DNA from: Chiloscyllium plagiosum
Taxonomy: Eukaryota
Length of the DNA stretch: 64,000 bases
Direction: 5' to 3'
Assembly: GCF_004010195.1 (NCBI RefSeq)
Contig: NC_057719.1
Location: 79,283,678-79,347,677 of the forward strand
A program made the translations under genes and the position numbers. How positions within the stretch are numbered: position 1 is the stretch's first letter; each line of letters begins with the position of its first letter. Positions 35,430 to 47,922 of the stretch are shown here, piece after piece. The notes beneath the pieces are model-generated. The model did not search any database. It was not told the origin of the DNA and saw nothing but the letters and a program-made list of their open reading frames with translations.

Positions 35430-35840
35430 ACGTTGCACTTATGTAGTGCCTTTCCTAGCCGCCTGAAGAGTGTTGTAGTCAATAAAATACTTTTGAAGTG
35501 TAGTCGCTTCTAAGATAGGAAATGCTGCAGCCAATTTGCATACAGCAAGCTCTCACAAGCAGCAATCTAATGCAACATTGTCTGTGATGTTGATTGATGG
35601 GTAAATGTTAGCCAAGTCACTTGCTAGCTCCACTCCTCCTCTTGGAAGTAGTGCAGTTTTCTTAAGTTCCTCTGAGAGGGCTGGAGGGACTTGATTTGAC
35701 ATTTCATCTGAAGATGATAGCTCTGACAGTTCTGCACTTCCTTGGCACTGCACTGAAGTGTCAGTGCTGTTTTTGCTACTAAATTCCTAGATTGAGACTT
35801 GAACCCACAATTGTTCTGATACAGAGACAAGAGCGTTACC
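35430..35840 (-). mobile_element. DeuSINE, near full length
   Basis: gcagccaatttgcatacagcaagctc..gcactgcactgaagtgtcag..gacttgaacccacaa. Confidence 0.75.
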
Positions 35841-36069
35841 AGGTTGTACCTGGTTTGGAGGAGCATCTCAAAGGTGATAGGATAGAGAATTTAGGAAGGA
35901 ATTGCCAGAGCATGGGGTCCACGTGGTTGTAAACATGGCTGCCAATGGTAGGGTGGGGAATGGGGAAATGACCCACCAAGAACACCTAGGTCTCAGAGGA
36001 GTAGGCTACAGAGATGGAGAGGGGTGAAATCATGGACGGAATTGAAGGTCCGGTCGAGAATTTTACAAT

Positions 36070-36270
36070 TGGAATGAGCTGCCTGAGGTGGTGGTGGAGG
36101 CTGGTACAATTACAACATTTAAAAGGTATCTGGATGAGTATATGAATAGGAAGTGTTTGGAAGGATATGGGCCAAGTGCTGGAAAATAGGGGTAGGTTAG
36201 TTTAGGATATCTGGTCGGCATGGACGTGTTAGACCGAAGGGTCTGTTTCCATGCTGTCCGTTTCTATGAC
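36070..36270 (+). mobile_element. CR1 3' end
   Basis: WNELPEVVVEAGTITTFKRYLD plus 3' UTR. Confidence 0.88.
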
Positions 36271-36296
36271 TTTGTAATTGAGGTTTTGCCTGATTG

Positions 36297-36476
36297 GGAG
36301 AAAGTGAGGATTGCAGATGCTGGAGATCAGAGTCAAGAGTGTGGTGCTGGAAAAGCACAGCAGGTCAGACAGCATCCGAGGAGCAGGAGAATTGACGTTT
36401 CAGGCATAAGTCTGATGATGGGTTCATGTCCGAAGTGTCGATTCCCCTGCTCCTCAGATGCTGCCTGGCCTGCTGT
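36297..36476. mobile_element. Penelope-like family A inverted element, core mutated
   Basis: ctgatgatgggttcatgtccgaagtgtc; TSD gtttt(g/a)cctgattg at 36283-36296 and 36477-36490. Confidence 0.75.
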
Positions 36477-36497
36477 GTTTTACCTGATTGCGCAACT

Positions 36498-36662
36498 CAT
36501 AGAATCTCTTCAGTGTGGAAAGAGGCCATTTGGCCTGTCAGGTCTATACCAACCCTCCAAAGAACATCCCATCCATACCCAGCCCTCTACTCTATCCCCA
36601 TTACCCCACATTTACCATGGCTAATCCACCTACCCTGCATGTCTTTGGACTGTGGGAGAAAC
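36498..36662 (-). mobile_element. HE1 SINE 3' half
   Basis: cagtgtggaaagaggccatt..tctttggactgtgggag. Confidence 0.8.
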
Positions 36663-36821
36663 TAATGGAGGCTAAAGAGCAGAGGATATTGGGGAGCAGG
36701 ATTCCCATAAAGATTTGAGTGGGTTGGGGGGGGGGGGTGCGATTCAGATGATCTTAATTTTCTGGAGAGTGGAAGATGGAGTTGTATTCACTCTCCATTC
36801 ACTCCCTGAATTAATGCCATC

Positions 36822-37015
36822 GAGTCATGGAGATGTACAGCACAGAAACAGACCCTTCGGTCCAACTTGTCCATGCCGACCAGATATCCCAACCCAATCT
36901 AGTCTCCTATCTGTGCCTCTCGTGATTTTACAAACCTCTATAAGGCTACTCCTCAGCCTCCGACGCCCCAGGGAAAACAGCCCTGGCCTATTCAACCTCT
37001 CTCTATAGCTCAAAA
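36822..37015 (-). mobile_element. CR1 3' end with internal deletion
   Basis: YRERLNRPGLFSLGRRRLR fused directly to 3' UTR. Confidence 0.85.
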
Positions 37016-37736
37016 CCTTTCGAAATATCCATTTACTGCAGGATCAACCTCCAAGGGAGCTGAGGCCAGTTTGCAAGCTTCGCCTCAATGGTTCAGGTGG
37101 AGCGGGTCTCCTTTAAAACATGAGATACCGTTTGTGAAGTGCATTGAAGGAAATCGCAGTGAATCTTTCTGACCGAACATGACTTCTCTTCCAATTTTTG
37201 TTCAAGCTGTTTAATCAAATTCAAGTACCCCTGTTCCATATTGGCTCGATTCTGTACCTGCATGAATTTTTAAACATGAGCAAGAGGTCAGGCTCAATGG
37301 TGTAGAATGTGACCAGGGTCCATCAAGAAGTGGGAAGCCCAGCAATCATGGATGGTCAAGCCAGGATGTCTGCAGAACTAAGACAATAAGCTCAGGTCCA
37401 AAGAGCAGCAGTTGTGGATCTTTTACTGCAAAGATCCCACAACACGCAGATATTTCCTGCCCTCATGTGCTAATGTATATTTAATGTGACAGATGTTTTC
37501 TAGTTTGGCAGATGTGCAGATGTACAGGCCACAGCCCGTGGTATTCTTAAACACTCCACTATCATCAAGGAGTGAAAACTCACTGGCATGCTCCGAGTCA
37601 GAAAAAGGCAGCAAAACTGCATTTCTGTAGTGCCCTTCACAACCTTAAAACATCGCAAAGTGCTTTAAAGTCGGATGCATACTTTTAAAATGTAGCCATT
37701 ATTATAAGGTAGGAAATATCTCTGGATGTTTGTACC

Positions 37737-38108
37737 GGGATGGGACCATTCGCCGCTGCCAATTAGCCATGTCCTTTCACTGCCGAGGACGCTTAGCCAC
37801 CACCCATTGGCCACTGAGGACGATTCACCATCGCAAGTGTTTGTAACTCATTTTTATGTATAAACCAATAAAATGATATTTATTTCACCTCTTTTTTTTT
37901 AATCAATATGTAGTACGTTGTTGTATAAATAAAGGGGACTGAGAAGTATGACAGAACAGGCGGGAGGGAAAACGATCAGTACATATATATATTTCCAGTG
38001 GCGAATAGTCTCCAGAGGTCAAACGACCCCAGTGGAGAAACGCTGGTGGCGAACCGGCAGTGGCTAATCGGCGGCGGCGAATGTGCCGCGGCAAATCATT
38101 ACCAAACC
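37737..38108. mobile_element. Mutator-like (MULE) non-autonomous DNA transposon / MITE
   Basis: Inverted subterminal arrays of ttcgcc/ttagcc units; AT-rich centre; GG termini; candidate 9-bp TSD gtttgtacc (37728-37736) / atttgtact (38109-38117). Confidence 0.55.
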
Positions 38109-38947
38109 ATTTGTACTACATTGCAAACACTATGTAAGCGCAGTAGGTCTTAGTTGAGTGGTAAATAATGGCTAGGATGCAGGTAAGATTTTCTCTGGCT
38201 TGCTTTCTGTCTAACTTGTGCTGTACCTGTCCTAGGAGTCTTTGGTGGGACAGTGTAGTATTTCTTCAGAGGAGTGCAGCCAAGAGGGCTCCTGCCTAGG
38301 TTAATGATCTGCCAAGCTACCGCACTGGAGTTCAGACTGACGCACCGGGCCCCACACTGTTGCACCTCAGTGAGCAGCAGCTATGCAGTTCAAAGTGCTA
38401 ATTTAGGAAGCTTGCTCTGTCATGAGTGAGCCGAGGAAGCAGCGATGGAGGGAGGTTCTAAATGTACGTGGAGCAGAGCGCAGGCCCCTCTCCTGGACCA
38501 GATCTGAGCTAAGAAAGCAGAGATGTTTCAGACTAAATTGCAGATGGTATCACACTGGGAGCTGAGCGTGGATGGGAATGGAGCAATAGGGGAAAGCAAC
38601 CCGCAGCAGGAGCGTACAGTAACGATTCTTTCTGAGAATACACTGTAAGTATGTCTTATTGATACTATTGAGGCTGTTGCTTCTTTACATTCCAAACCCT
38701 CAAACCCACCAACTGGATAAACAAGGCAACAGATCCCAATTAATGGATCTCAGTGAAAAGCTCAAAGAGCTAGTACAGGCACAGAGAGCTGAAAGGCCTC
38801 TTGTGCTTTATGAGTCCATGATCGGTGCTCAGTGTACCTGGCTGCTCTCTATCAAGTTATTTACATGGGGGGAGTCATAGAGCACAGAGAGGCCTATTCA
38901 GCCTCTGCTGGTTCGATCTGAAATGAGGAATTAGGAGGGCTAAAGGG

Positions 38948-39738
38948 GTCATAGAGCCATAGAGATGTACAGCATGGAAACAGACCCTTCGGTCCAACCC
39001 GTCCATGCCGACCAGATATCCCAACCCAATCTAGTCCCACCTGCCAGCACCCGGCCCATATCCCTCCAAACCCTTCCTATTCATATACCCATCCAAATGC
39101 CTTTTAATTGCAATTGTACCAGCCTTCACCACATCCTCTGGCAGCTCATTCCATACACATACCACCCTCTGCATGAAACAGTTGCCTGTATGTCTCTTTT
39201 ATATTTTTCCCCTCTCACCCTAAACTTATGCCCTCTAATTCTGGACACCCCGACCCCAGGGAAAAGACTTTGTCTAGTTATCCTATCCATGCCCTTCATA
39301 ACTTTGTAAACCTCTATAAGGTCACCCCTCAGCCTCCGATACTCAATACTCTGACCAATAAAGGAAAGCATACCAAACGCCTTCTTCACTATCCTATCTA
39401 CTTGCAACTCCACTTTCAAGGAGCTATGAATCTGCACTCCAAGGTCTCTTTGTTCAGCAACACTCCCTAGGACCTTACCATTAAGTGTATAAGTCCTGAT
39501 AAGATTTGCTTTCCAAAAATGCAGCACCTCGCATCTATTTGAATTAAACTCCATCTGCCACTTCTCACCTCATTGGCCCATCTGATCAAGATCCTGTTGT
39601 AATCTGAGGTAACCTTCTTTGCTGTCCACTACACCTCCAATTTTGGTGTCAGCTGCAAACTAACTAACCGTACCTCTTATGCTCGCATCCAAATCATTTA
39701 TATAAATGACAAAAAGTGGAGAACCCAGCAGCAATCCT
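38948..39738 (-). mobile_element. CR1/HER1-type LINE 3' fragment with internal deletion
   Basis: ORF 39126-39554 gives [42 protein letters not shown] region at the 5' end. Confidence 0.92.
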
Positions 39739-39739
39739 T

Positions 39740-41580
39740 CATGAGATATCTTTAGCAACCCGGGTTAAGGAAAATCCCAAAGCCTTTTATTCCATATATA
39801 AGGAGCAAGTGGGCAACTAGAGAAAGGGTTGGCCCACTCAAGGACAAAGGAGGAAAGATATGCATGGAGTCAGAGGAAATAGGTGAGATTCTTAATGAGT
39901 ACTTTGCACCGTATTCACTGAGGAGAAGGACATGACGGATGTTGAGGTTAGGGATTGATGTTTGATTACACTAGGTCAAGTTGGCATAAGGAGGAAGGAT
40001 GTGTTGGGTATTCTAAAAGGCATTAAGGTGGACTAGTCCCCAGGGCCGGATGGGATCTATCACAGGTTACTGAGGGAAACGAGAGAGGAAATAACTGGGT
40101 CTTTAACAGATATCTTTGCAGCATCCTTGAACATAGGTGAGGTTCCAGAGGACTGGAGAATTGCCAATGTTGTCCCCTTGTTTAAGAAAGGTAGCAGGGA
40201 TAATCCAGGTAATTATAGACCGGCGAGCCTGACCTCAGTTGTAGGGAAGCTGCTAGAGAAGATACTGAGGGATAGGATCTATTCCCATTTGGAAGAACAT
40301 GGGCCTATCAGTGACAGGCAACATGGTTTTGTGCAGAGAAGGTCATGTCTTATCAACTTAATAGAATTCTTTGAGGAAGTGACAAAGTTGATTGATGAGG
40401 GAAAAGGCTGTAAATTTCATATACATAGACTTCAGTAAGGCTTTTGATAAGGGTCCCCATGATTGGCTGATGGAGAAAGTGAAGTTGTATGGGGTTCAAG
40501 GTGTACTAGCTAAATGGATAGAGAATTGGCTGAGCAACAGGAGACCGAGTAGTAGTGAAAGGGATTTTCTGAAAATGGAGAACTGTTACCAGTGGTGTTC
40601 CACAGGGAACCGTGCTGGGACCACTGTTGTTTGTGAGATACATAAATGATTTGGAGGAAGGTATAGATGGTCTGATTAGTAAGTTTGCAGATGACACCAA
40701 GATTGGTGGAGTAGCAGATAGTGAAGGAGACTATCAGAGAATACAACAGAATATAGATAGATTGGAGAGTTAGGCAGAGAAATGGCAGATGGAGTTCAAT
40801 CCGGCAAATGCGAGGTGATGCATTTTGCAAGATGCAATTCCAGAGCAAACTACACTGTAAATGGAAAATTGAGGTCCAGAGAAATCTGGGTGTTCCCTGA
40901 AGGTGGCAACGCAGGTCAGTAGAGTGGTCAAGAAGGCATATGGCATGCTTTCTTTCATCGGATGGGGTATTGAGTACAAGAGTTGGCAGGTCATGTTACA
41001 GTTGCATAAGATTTTGGTTCAGCCACATTTGGAATATTGCGTGCAGTTCTGGTCGTCGCATTACCAAAAGGCTTTGGAGAGGGTGCAGAGGAGGTTCACC
41101 AGGATGTTGCCTGGTATGGAGGGTGCTAGCTATGAAGAGAGGTTGAGTAGATTAGGACTGTTTTCATTAGAAAGACAGAGGTTGAGGGGGGACCTGATTG
41201 AGGTCTACAAAATCATGAGGGGTGCAGTCAGGGTCCACCCTGATAGCAAGAAGCTCTCCCCCAGAGTGGGGCACTCCATTACTAGGGGTCACAAGTTCAA
41301 ACTGAGAGGGAAAAGTTTAGGGGAGATATACATGGAGAGTTTTTCATGCAGAGGTTGGTGGGTGCCTGGAATGCGCAGCCAGTGGAGGTGGTAGGGGCGG
41401 GAACGATAACGTCATTTAAGATGTATCTAGACAGATACATCAATGGTCAGGGAGCAGAGGGATACAGATCCTTAGAAAATAGGAGGCAGGTTTAGATAGA
41501 GGACATGGATCGGCGCAGGCTTGGAGGGCCGAAGGGTCTGTTCTTGTGCTGTAATTTTCTTTGTTCTTTGTTTGCTCTTT
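39740..41580 (+). mobile_element. CR1 LINE, 5'-truncated, most of RT (frameshifted)
   Basis: [59 protein letters not shown]; (ttctttg)n tail. Confidence 0.95.
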
Positions 41581-42009
41581 GCCCTTGTCCAATTTCCATA
41601 TGAGACTATTGAAGCTGCCTCCATCACCTTTTCAGGCAGTCTCACCTGTTGCATTAAAAAAAGGATTCTGTCTTCTCTCTAGCTGTTTTTTTTTTCTTGT
41701 TCCACTTAAGCCACTGATCTCGGGTTGCCCCAAAACACTTTACAGTCAGTGAAATGCCTTTGAAGCATAGTCACTGTTGTAACATAGGAAACTCGGGGGC
41801 CAATTTGTGAACAGCAAGCTCCCACAAGCACCAATGTAATGACCACTCGGTAATGTTTTTAAGTACTGTTGGTTTAAGGATAGCCATTTGTCAAAGTATC
41901 CAGGAGAACACCCTTGCTCTTTTATTATCTAATACCATAAGAACTTTAACAATCATCTGAGTCAGATTTAACTGTGACCTTGTATACTATCTTCTCCAAA
42001 AGACAACAC

Positions 42010-42450
42010 AAGACTGTTGCCAAAATTGGAGGGTTTGAGCCAAAGGAGAGGCTGAATAGGCCAGGGTTGTTTTCTCTGGAGCATTGGAGGCTGAGGGGTG
42101 ACCTTATAGAGCTTTATAAAATCATGAGGGAGCATAGGAAGGATGAATAGCAAGGTCTTTATCCCTAGGATAGGGGAATCCAAAAGTAGAGGGCATAGGT
42201 TTAAGGTAGGAGACCTAAGGGGCAATATTTTCGTGCAGAGGGTGGTGTGTGTATGGAATGAGCTGCCATTGGAAGTGGTAGAGGCTGGTATAATTACAAC
42301 ATTTAAAAGATATCTGTATTGGTGTACAAACTGGAAGGGTTTCGAGGGATATGGACCAAGTGCTGGCAAATGGGACTAAAGTAAGTTCGGATATCTGGTC
42401 AGCATGGACAAGTTGGTCCGAAGATTCCGTGCAAATCTTTGACTCTATGA
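42010..42450 (+). mobile_element. CR1 3' fragment inserted in a minus-strand DeuSINE (~41720-41965, ~42460-42570)
   Basis: QRVVCVWNELPLEVVEAG plus 3' UTR. Confidence 0.88.
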
Positions 42451-43064
42451 CCTCTACCAGTTCAGCTCTCCCCCAGCACTGCACTGAGAGCATCAGCCTG
42501 GAATTATCAACTTGAATCTCATAGCCCTGAGCCCTGAACAACATTCTGACTCAGAAAAGGGAGCGCTATCTCATCAGGAAGTTAAAGCCAAAGTTCCAGT
42601 TAATTGAATCAAAAATGAGACTAAAAGAATGTATTTTCTGTCCTGAAAATGAAGTAATATTTATCGGTGTGACCAGTGGCTAGACAGAGAGCTCTTATGT
42701 TTGCTCATAGCTGAATTTCACTAGATAAGGAGTTCAATTGAAGCAGTCTGGAGTTTTGAATGGGTACATCTTTTTGGTTTTTTGCCCAGTTAGAAGGTCT
42801 ACTCATAAAGCATTCAGAAACACACGACAGAAATTCAGGCAAAGCGACAGAGGTAGGCTATAGAAAGACAAGACAATTCAAGATGCACTTCTTCACATTC
42901 TGCAGCTGCTGCTGATTGGATTGTTCGTCACCTTCAACCTACGCGCTCTGACCTCTGCACAACCACCATCCGGTCCAGTCAGGAGGAAGTTGTAACCCAG
43001 GCTGCTCAAGGTGAAGAAATGGCAGGTTTGGAAAGCTGCACATAAGCTTGTTTAGGACATCGTG

Positions 43065-43405
43065 AGTTCGTGTCCCATTCCAGAGACCCAAGACTGACAT
43101 TTCAGTGCTGTCGCGCTGTCTTTCAGACAGATATTAAACTGAGGCTCTGTCCACCCCCCTCAAGTGGATATAAAAGATTCCAAAGTCCAGATTTGCAGAA
43201 GAACAAATGCCCTGACCAAACATAATCCCTCAGCTATTATTATCAAAACCAGATCACTTGGTTGTTGTCTCATTGTTGTTGTGGGATCTTGCTCTGCACC
43301 CCGTGGCTGCTGTACTTCCTACAATACAACAGTGAGTTCACTGCTTAAATACTTCATTGGGTTTTTAGTGCTTTGAGACATTCTGAGGTTAAGAATTGTA
43401 AGTCT
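43065..43405 (+). mobile_element. DeuSINE
   Basis: gactgacatttcagtgc..caagtggatataaaagattcc..tacttcattgg..ctgaggtt. Confidence 0.7.
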
Positions 43406-44021
43406 TAAATAATGCACCTTTCTTCAGTGTTGATAGAAATTATGAAATGTGGCAATATATCGTGACATATAGATATAGAACAAGAACATCCATTTTAACA
43501 GCAGAGATTTTGTTTGATTCTGGAGAAGTTTTGATTGCACACAAGCTGATCGAGGTCGATGCCCACTCATGGACTTTGCTTCTGCTTTCTCTTGAATTTT
43601 TGCTTGTTTATCAAGAACGATCAAGATCCTGAAAATCTCTGGGTGTTTTCACCTGATGTTATAACACTTGCTGCCTCCTGCCTCCTGGTGTGAGTTTGTT
43701 TCCATCACACTATTTTACCAGATGCAGCAATACTTGTGTTATCCCTGGGGAATAGGAAACTGGGGTGTGTGGATGTTGTGGTATTGAAGAATCCATTGGA
43801 AGTCTATTACAGCTAACTATTGCACCCAAAGCATTGAGTGTCATGCTTCAGATGATCCCAAGTAAATGGTGTCTGAGACTTTTATATTCTCAGGTCACAG
43901 ACATTGATGATATCATGAGCATGCCTCACATGACACACCTCCCTCAATCTCACTTGCCTTTCCCTCTCGGAAGTTACTGCAGTAGCTCACCTCTGCTCCT
44001 ATGACAGCACCTTTCAAAGCA

Positions 44022-44229
44022 CAGCCACACGAGATTGAGCAATAACAGGTCTGTGATTCCCTTAGATGTTCAAAGCTGTACGTGCACTACACTTAATGGA
44101 TCAGCTTGTGTTCTACCCTATGCCGCCAGGTGTGAGTAACCCGTTGAACCCCATTCGTGATCGGGAATGGGAATTGCATTTATTTCCCATGAACGAGGAA
44201 TTCCCAGTAAGTGTGGATCGTAAGCTTGT

Positions 44230-44260
<31 letters not shown>

Positions 44261-44268
44261 ACCCATTG
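44022..44268 (+). pseudogene. 18S rRNA fragment (3' region), decayed, non-functional
   Basis: cagccacacgagattgagcaataacaggtctgtga, taacccgttgaaccccattcgtgat, catgaacgaggaattcccagtaagt and gattaagtccctgccctttgtacacacc are hallmark eukaryotic 18S segments; many CpG>TpG/CpA changes. Confidence 0.92.
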
Positions 44269-44271
44269 AAA

Positions 44272-44593
44272 GGGGTGGCATGATGGCTCAGTGGTTAGCA
44301 CGGCTGCTTCACAGCGCCAGGGATCCGGGTTCGATTCACACCTTGGGTGACTGTGTCTGTATGGAGTTTGTACATTTTCCCTGTATCTGCGTGGGTTTCC
44401 TCCGGGTGCTCCAGTTTCCTTCCACAATCCAAAGATGTGCAGGTCAGGAGAATTGACCAGTCAAAATTGCCCACGGCGTTAGGTGTGTTAGTCGGGGTAA
44501 ATATAGGGTAGGGGAATGGGTCAGGGTGGGTTACTCTTCCAAGGGTCGGTGTGGCCTTGTTGGGCCTGATTCCATATTGTAGGGAATCTAATC
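44272..44593 (+). mobile_element. HE1 SINE directly abutting the 18S fragment
   Basis: Full HE1 head, core and tail. Confidence 0.93.
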
Positions 44594-44859
44594 TTAAAAA
44601 AAAACACCATGACCTTTATCAGCTATGTGGAGAAGGGCAGCAGATAAATGGGAACATCAGCACCTGTAGGTTCCCCTCCAAACTACACGCCATCCTGACT
44701 CAGAGTGATCTTGCTGTTCTTTCAGTGTTACTGAGTAAATCTCCAGGAGCTCCCTACCTAAAAACATTGGCTGTCCCTACACTACATGGATTACAGTTCA
44801 AGAATATGGTCATAAAAATTCTTCTAAACTAAATAGTCAGGCAGTGGGTTCAGTTGCAT

Positions 44860-46120
44860 GGAAATGATGGACAAAGTCAACATAGGACCAAGTTTACGCA
44901 CAATATACAGTAACAAGTAATATAGCACAGATCGAAATTAGTGGGTACAATGTGGTGGCTGCAAGGGGATCAAGGCTGGGAACTAAATATCCATGGATAT
45001 CCTATTGAAAAGGCAGGCAGATGGGGAGTGAGAGTGTGGTTGCCTTGTTAGAAACAAATGAAATTAAGTTGAAAGCAATAAATGATGTAGAGTTGGAAGG
45101 CTTGGAATCTACATGGGTAAAGTTGAGGGAATGCAAAGGTTAAAAAGACCCCAGAGGGATTTATGTACAGGCCTCCTACCAGTAGTCAGGATCATCTTAA
45201 GATCCATGAAAGGTGGTTTATTTTGGCAAAAAGAATAAAGAAGAAGCATAGTTTCTAGATGATTACGGGTTGCAGAGCCCTGAGATACAGACAGATCTTC
45301 TGGTGTCCTAGTACAGAGTTGCAGAAGGTTAGTCTGCAGGTACAACAAGTAATCTGGAAAACTGACATTCCAGATGTTATGTTTTATTGTGAGGGAAATT
45401 AAAAATAAAGTTAGGGATGCTACGCTTCAGTTATAACAGGGCATTGGTGAGACCACATCTGTGGATGGTATTGGTCATCACTTACAGAAGGATGTTAATC
45501 ATTGGAAGCAGAAGGAGGTTTATTAAATTAATACCTGGACTGGGCAGATTGCCTTGCGAGGAAAGGCTAGACCTGTATCCTCTGGAGTCTAGAATAATCA
45601 GAGATGACTGAACTGAAATATATAAAAACCTGAGGGGATTGACTGGGCGGATGTCAAAAGAATGCTTCCTGTTTTGGGAGAATCGAGAACTAGGGATAAT
45701 AGTTTAACAATAAAGTGTCACCCGCTGAAGACAGAGATGACAAAACATTTTTTCTCTGAAGGTTGGGTGCTTTTGGAACTCACTTCCTTAATAGGCAGTG
45801 GATGCAGAATTGGAGACTAGTACGATTGCAACATTTAAGAGGCATTTGGATGGGTATATGAATAGGAAGGGTTTGGAGGGATATGGGCCGGGTGCTGGCA
45901 GGTGGAACTAGATTGGGTTGGGATATCTGGTCAGCGTGGACGGGTTGGACCAAGGGTCTGTGCTGTACATCTCTATGATTGTATTTTTACGATTGTCAAG
46001 GTGATGAAAGATTATCAGAGGAATGTAAAGTTTGAGGTTAAAATCTGATCAACCGTGATCCTATTAAATGGTGGAGCAGGCTCCAAGGGCCGAATGGCCT
46101 ACTCTTGTTTCTTGTTTGTA
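44860..46120 (+). mobile_element. Composite old CR1 remnants (endonuclease piece, RT 3' piece, younger 3' end at ~45810-45980)
   Basis: GWELNIHGY, LESTWVKLR, YRPP, ALVRPHL; two CR1 3' UTRs. Confidence 0.75.
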
Positions 46121-47364
46121 TGTTTTTCTATAAATGTTATTCCGGAATTCTGTGCAGCCTAATGAAGGGCTTCTGAAATGCTGTCCCTGTTTTAAAGATT
46201 TGTATGTTAATAATTTGCGTGTTTCTTTTGCTCCATCCATTATGGAAATCCTCTGAATTAATTCATTTAAGAAAAACCCAGGGCACAACAATATTTTGCC
46301 CCTTTAATAATAAATTGTGGCATTCCTGCCCATCTGTTCATTGCAGTAACTCAGCTTCTTCATTGATCATGTCTTACTGCAAATTCCATAAACCAGGATA
46401 TTATCACCTAATATAATCAGAATGGGTTGGCCCAGTGCCAGAGTGACGCAAATAGTAGGAAACAAGGCCATGATACAGAAGAATCTTGAACAATTATAAC
46501 TTAGTGTACTTTTCATGTTAATGAGAATGGTCTAATAATGCATCAACTGTCAGGGATTGATTAACTGCCTATGGGTTAATTTATTTAAAACAGTAAAGTA
46601 CATTCTAAGTTATATATTAGGCATAATAGCAACCAGCTGAGTTCTGTGAGCAGCAGCTTAAATGTCAGACAGAGTCACAACATTGTGTACACACAGCACA
46701 TGGAGGTTGTAAAATTGAATTCTCTTATAGGAACGATATGTGTACAACAAGAGTCATTTAAGTCCACAATGCCACCAGTCATGGGAGATGTTAAACAGTC
46801 TGGCACACACTGTCCTCAGAGGCAGTCAGACAGAGAAGAGGGTGCAGTGAAACGATAGGCAGCCTGAGTCAGTTCACCACCACCCCAGCCCTACCCCAAC
46901 CAAACTTGGATCTGCAGATGGCCAGCTCTGGGAACAGACCCAGCAGGAAGTTTTGAATTCTATGGTGAAGCTGGAAGGAAGCGCTGAGTGAGACAATACT
47001 CTGCTGCCAATAACTTTGCTCACACCCTGACAGGTTCATCCATCCCATTGTGTTCGCTGACCTACACAGAGTGCCAGTTCACCACTGTATCTATTTTTAA
47101 CTTTGAATTCTCTCCATGTTCTCACCCCACCCTAACTCTGTAAATTCCATCTACCTTATAAACCTCTACTATCATCTCACCATCTCTTACTCCTTTTAAG
47201 ACACTTGTTTAGTTTACTTCTTTCACTAAGCTTTTGGTCGTCTGTCCTATTGTCACCTTTGGTTGCAATAGCTTAGGGAAACATGGTGCATTTGAGTGCA
47301 GTGAAGGAATGACTGATGAGCATAGAATTCTGTGGTATCTGAAAGGAAAATTTTGAGAATTCAC

Positions 47365-47700
47365 AGGCACTTAAGTGTTTTTGAGGTGTAATCAATGATT
47401 TAGTGCAAAAATTGCAGCAATCAATTTGTGCATAGCATGATCCTGCAGACAGCAATGTGAAAAATAGTTTGTTGTAATGATGTTGGTTGAGAGGTAAATA
47501 TTAGTCAAGACTATGGGGAGAACTCCCTGCTTTCTTTTTGAAATAGTGCCATGGATTTTTTTTTTTGTTTGCGATTGCCTGAGGGCAGCTGGAGGCTTCA
47601 ATTTACTGTATTATCTGAAAGCTGCCGCCCTGAACAGTCCAGTATTTCATCAGCATTGCTGTTCTGGGAGACATCAGCCTGGATTATGTGCTCAGATCCC
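47365..47700 (-). mobile_element. DeuSINE
   Basis: caatttgtgcatagca..gaaatagtgccatgga..catcagcctggattatgtgctca. Confidence 0.7.
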
Positions 47701-47922
47701 AGAACACATCTCCAGTTGGGAGCAATGTATTGTGGTGACTGGGAAGCAAGTTCCTCTGTCGGTGTGATGGCTTGGTGATTGGCTGTAGTGACAAATATCC
47801 CCGGCAGGGTGAGTACATTTGGAGTTAGAGTTTTGGAAGTAATGCAGTGAGGCCATTCTGCCCATTATACCTAGACTGGCTCCCTCAAAAGTCTCCTAAG
47901 TAGTTCCACTTAACCCATAATT

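Noticed and set aside
44022..44268. Functional rDNA unit or contaminant rRNA
   Set aside because: Isolated 247-nt piece with CpG-decay substitutions, embedded in host repeats
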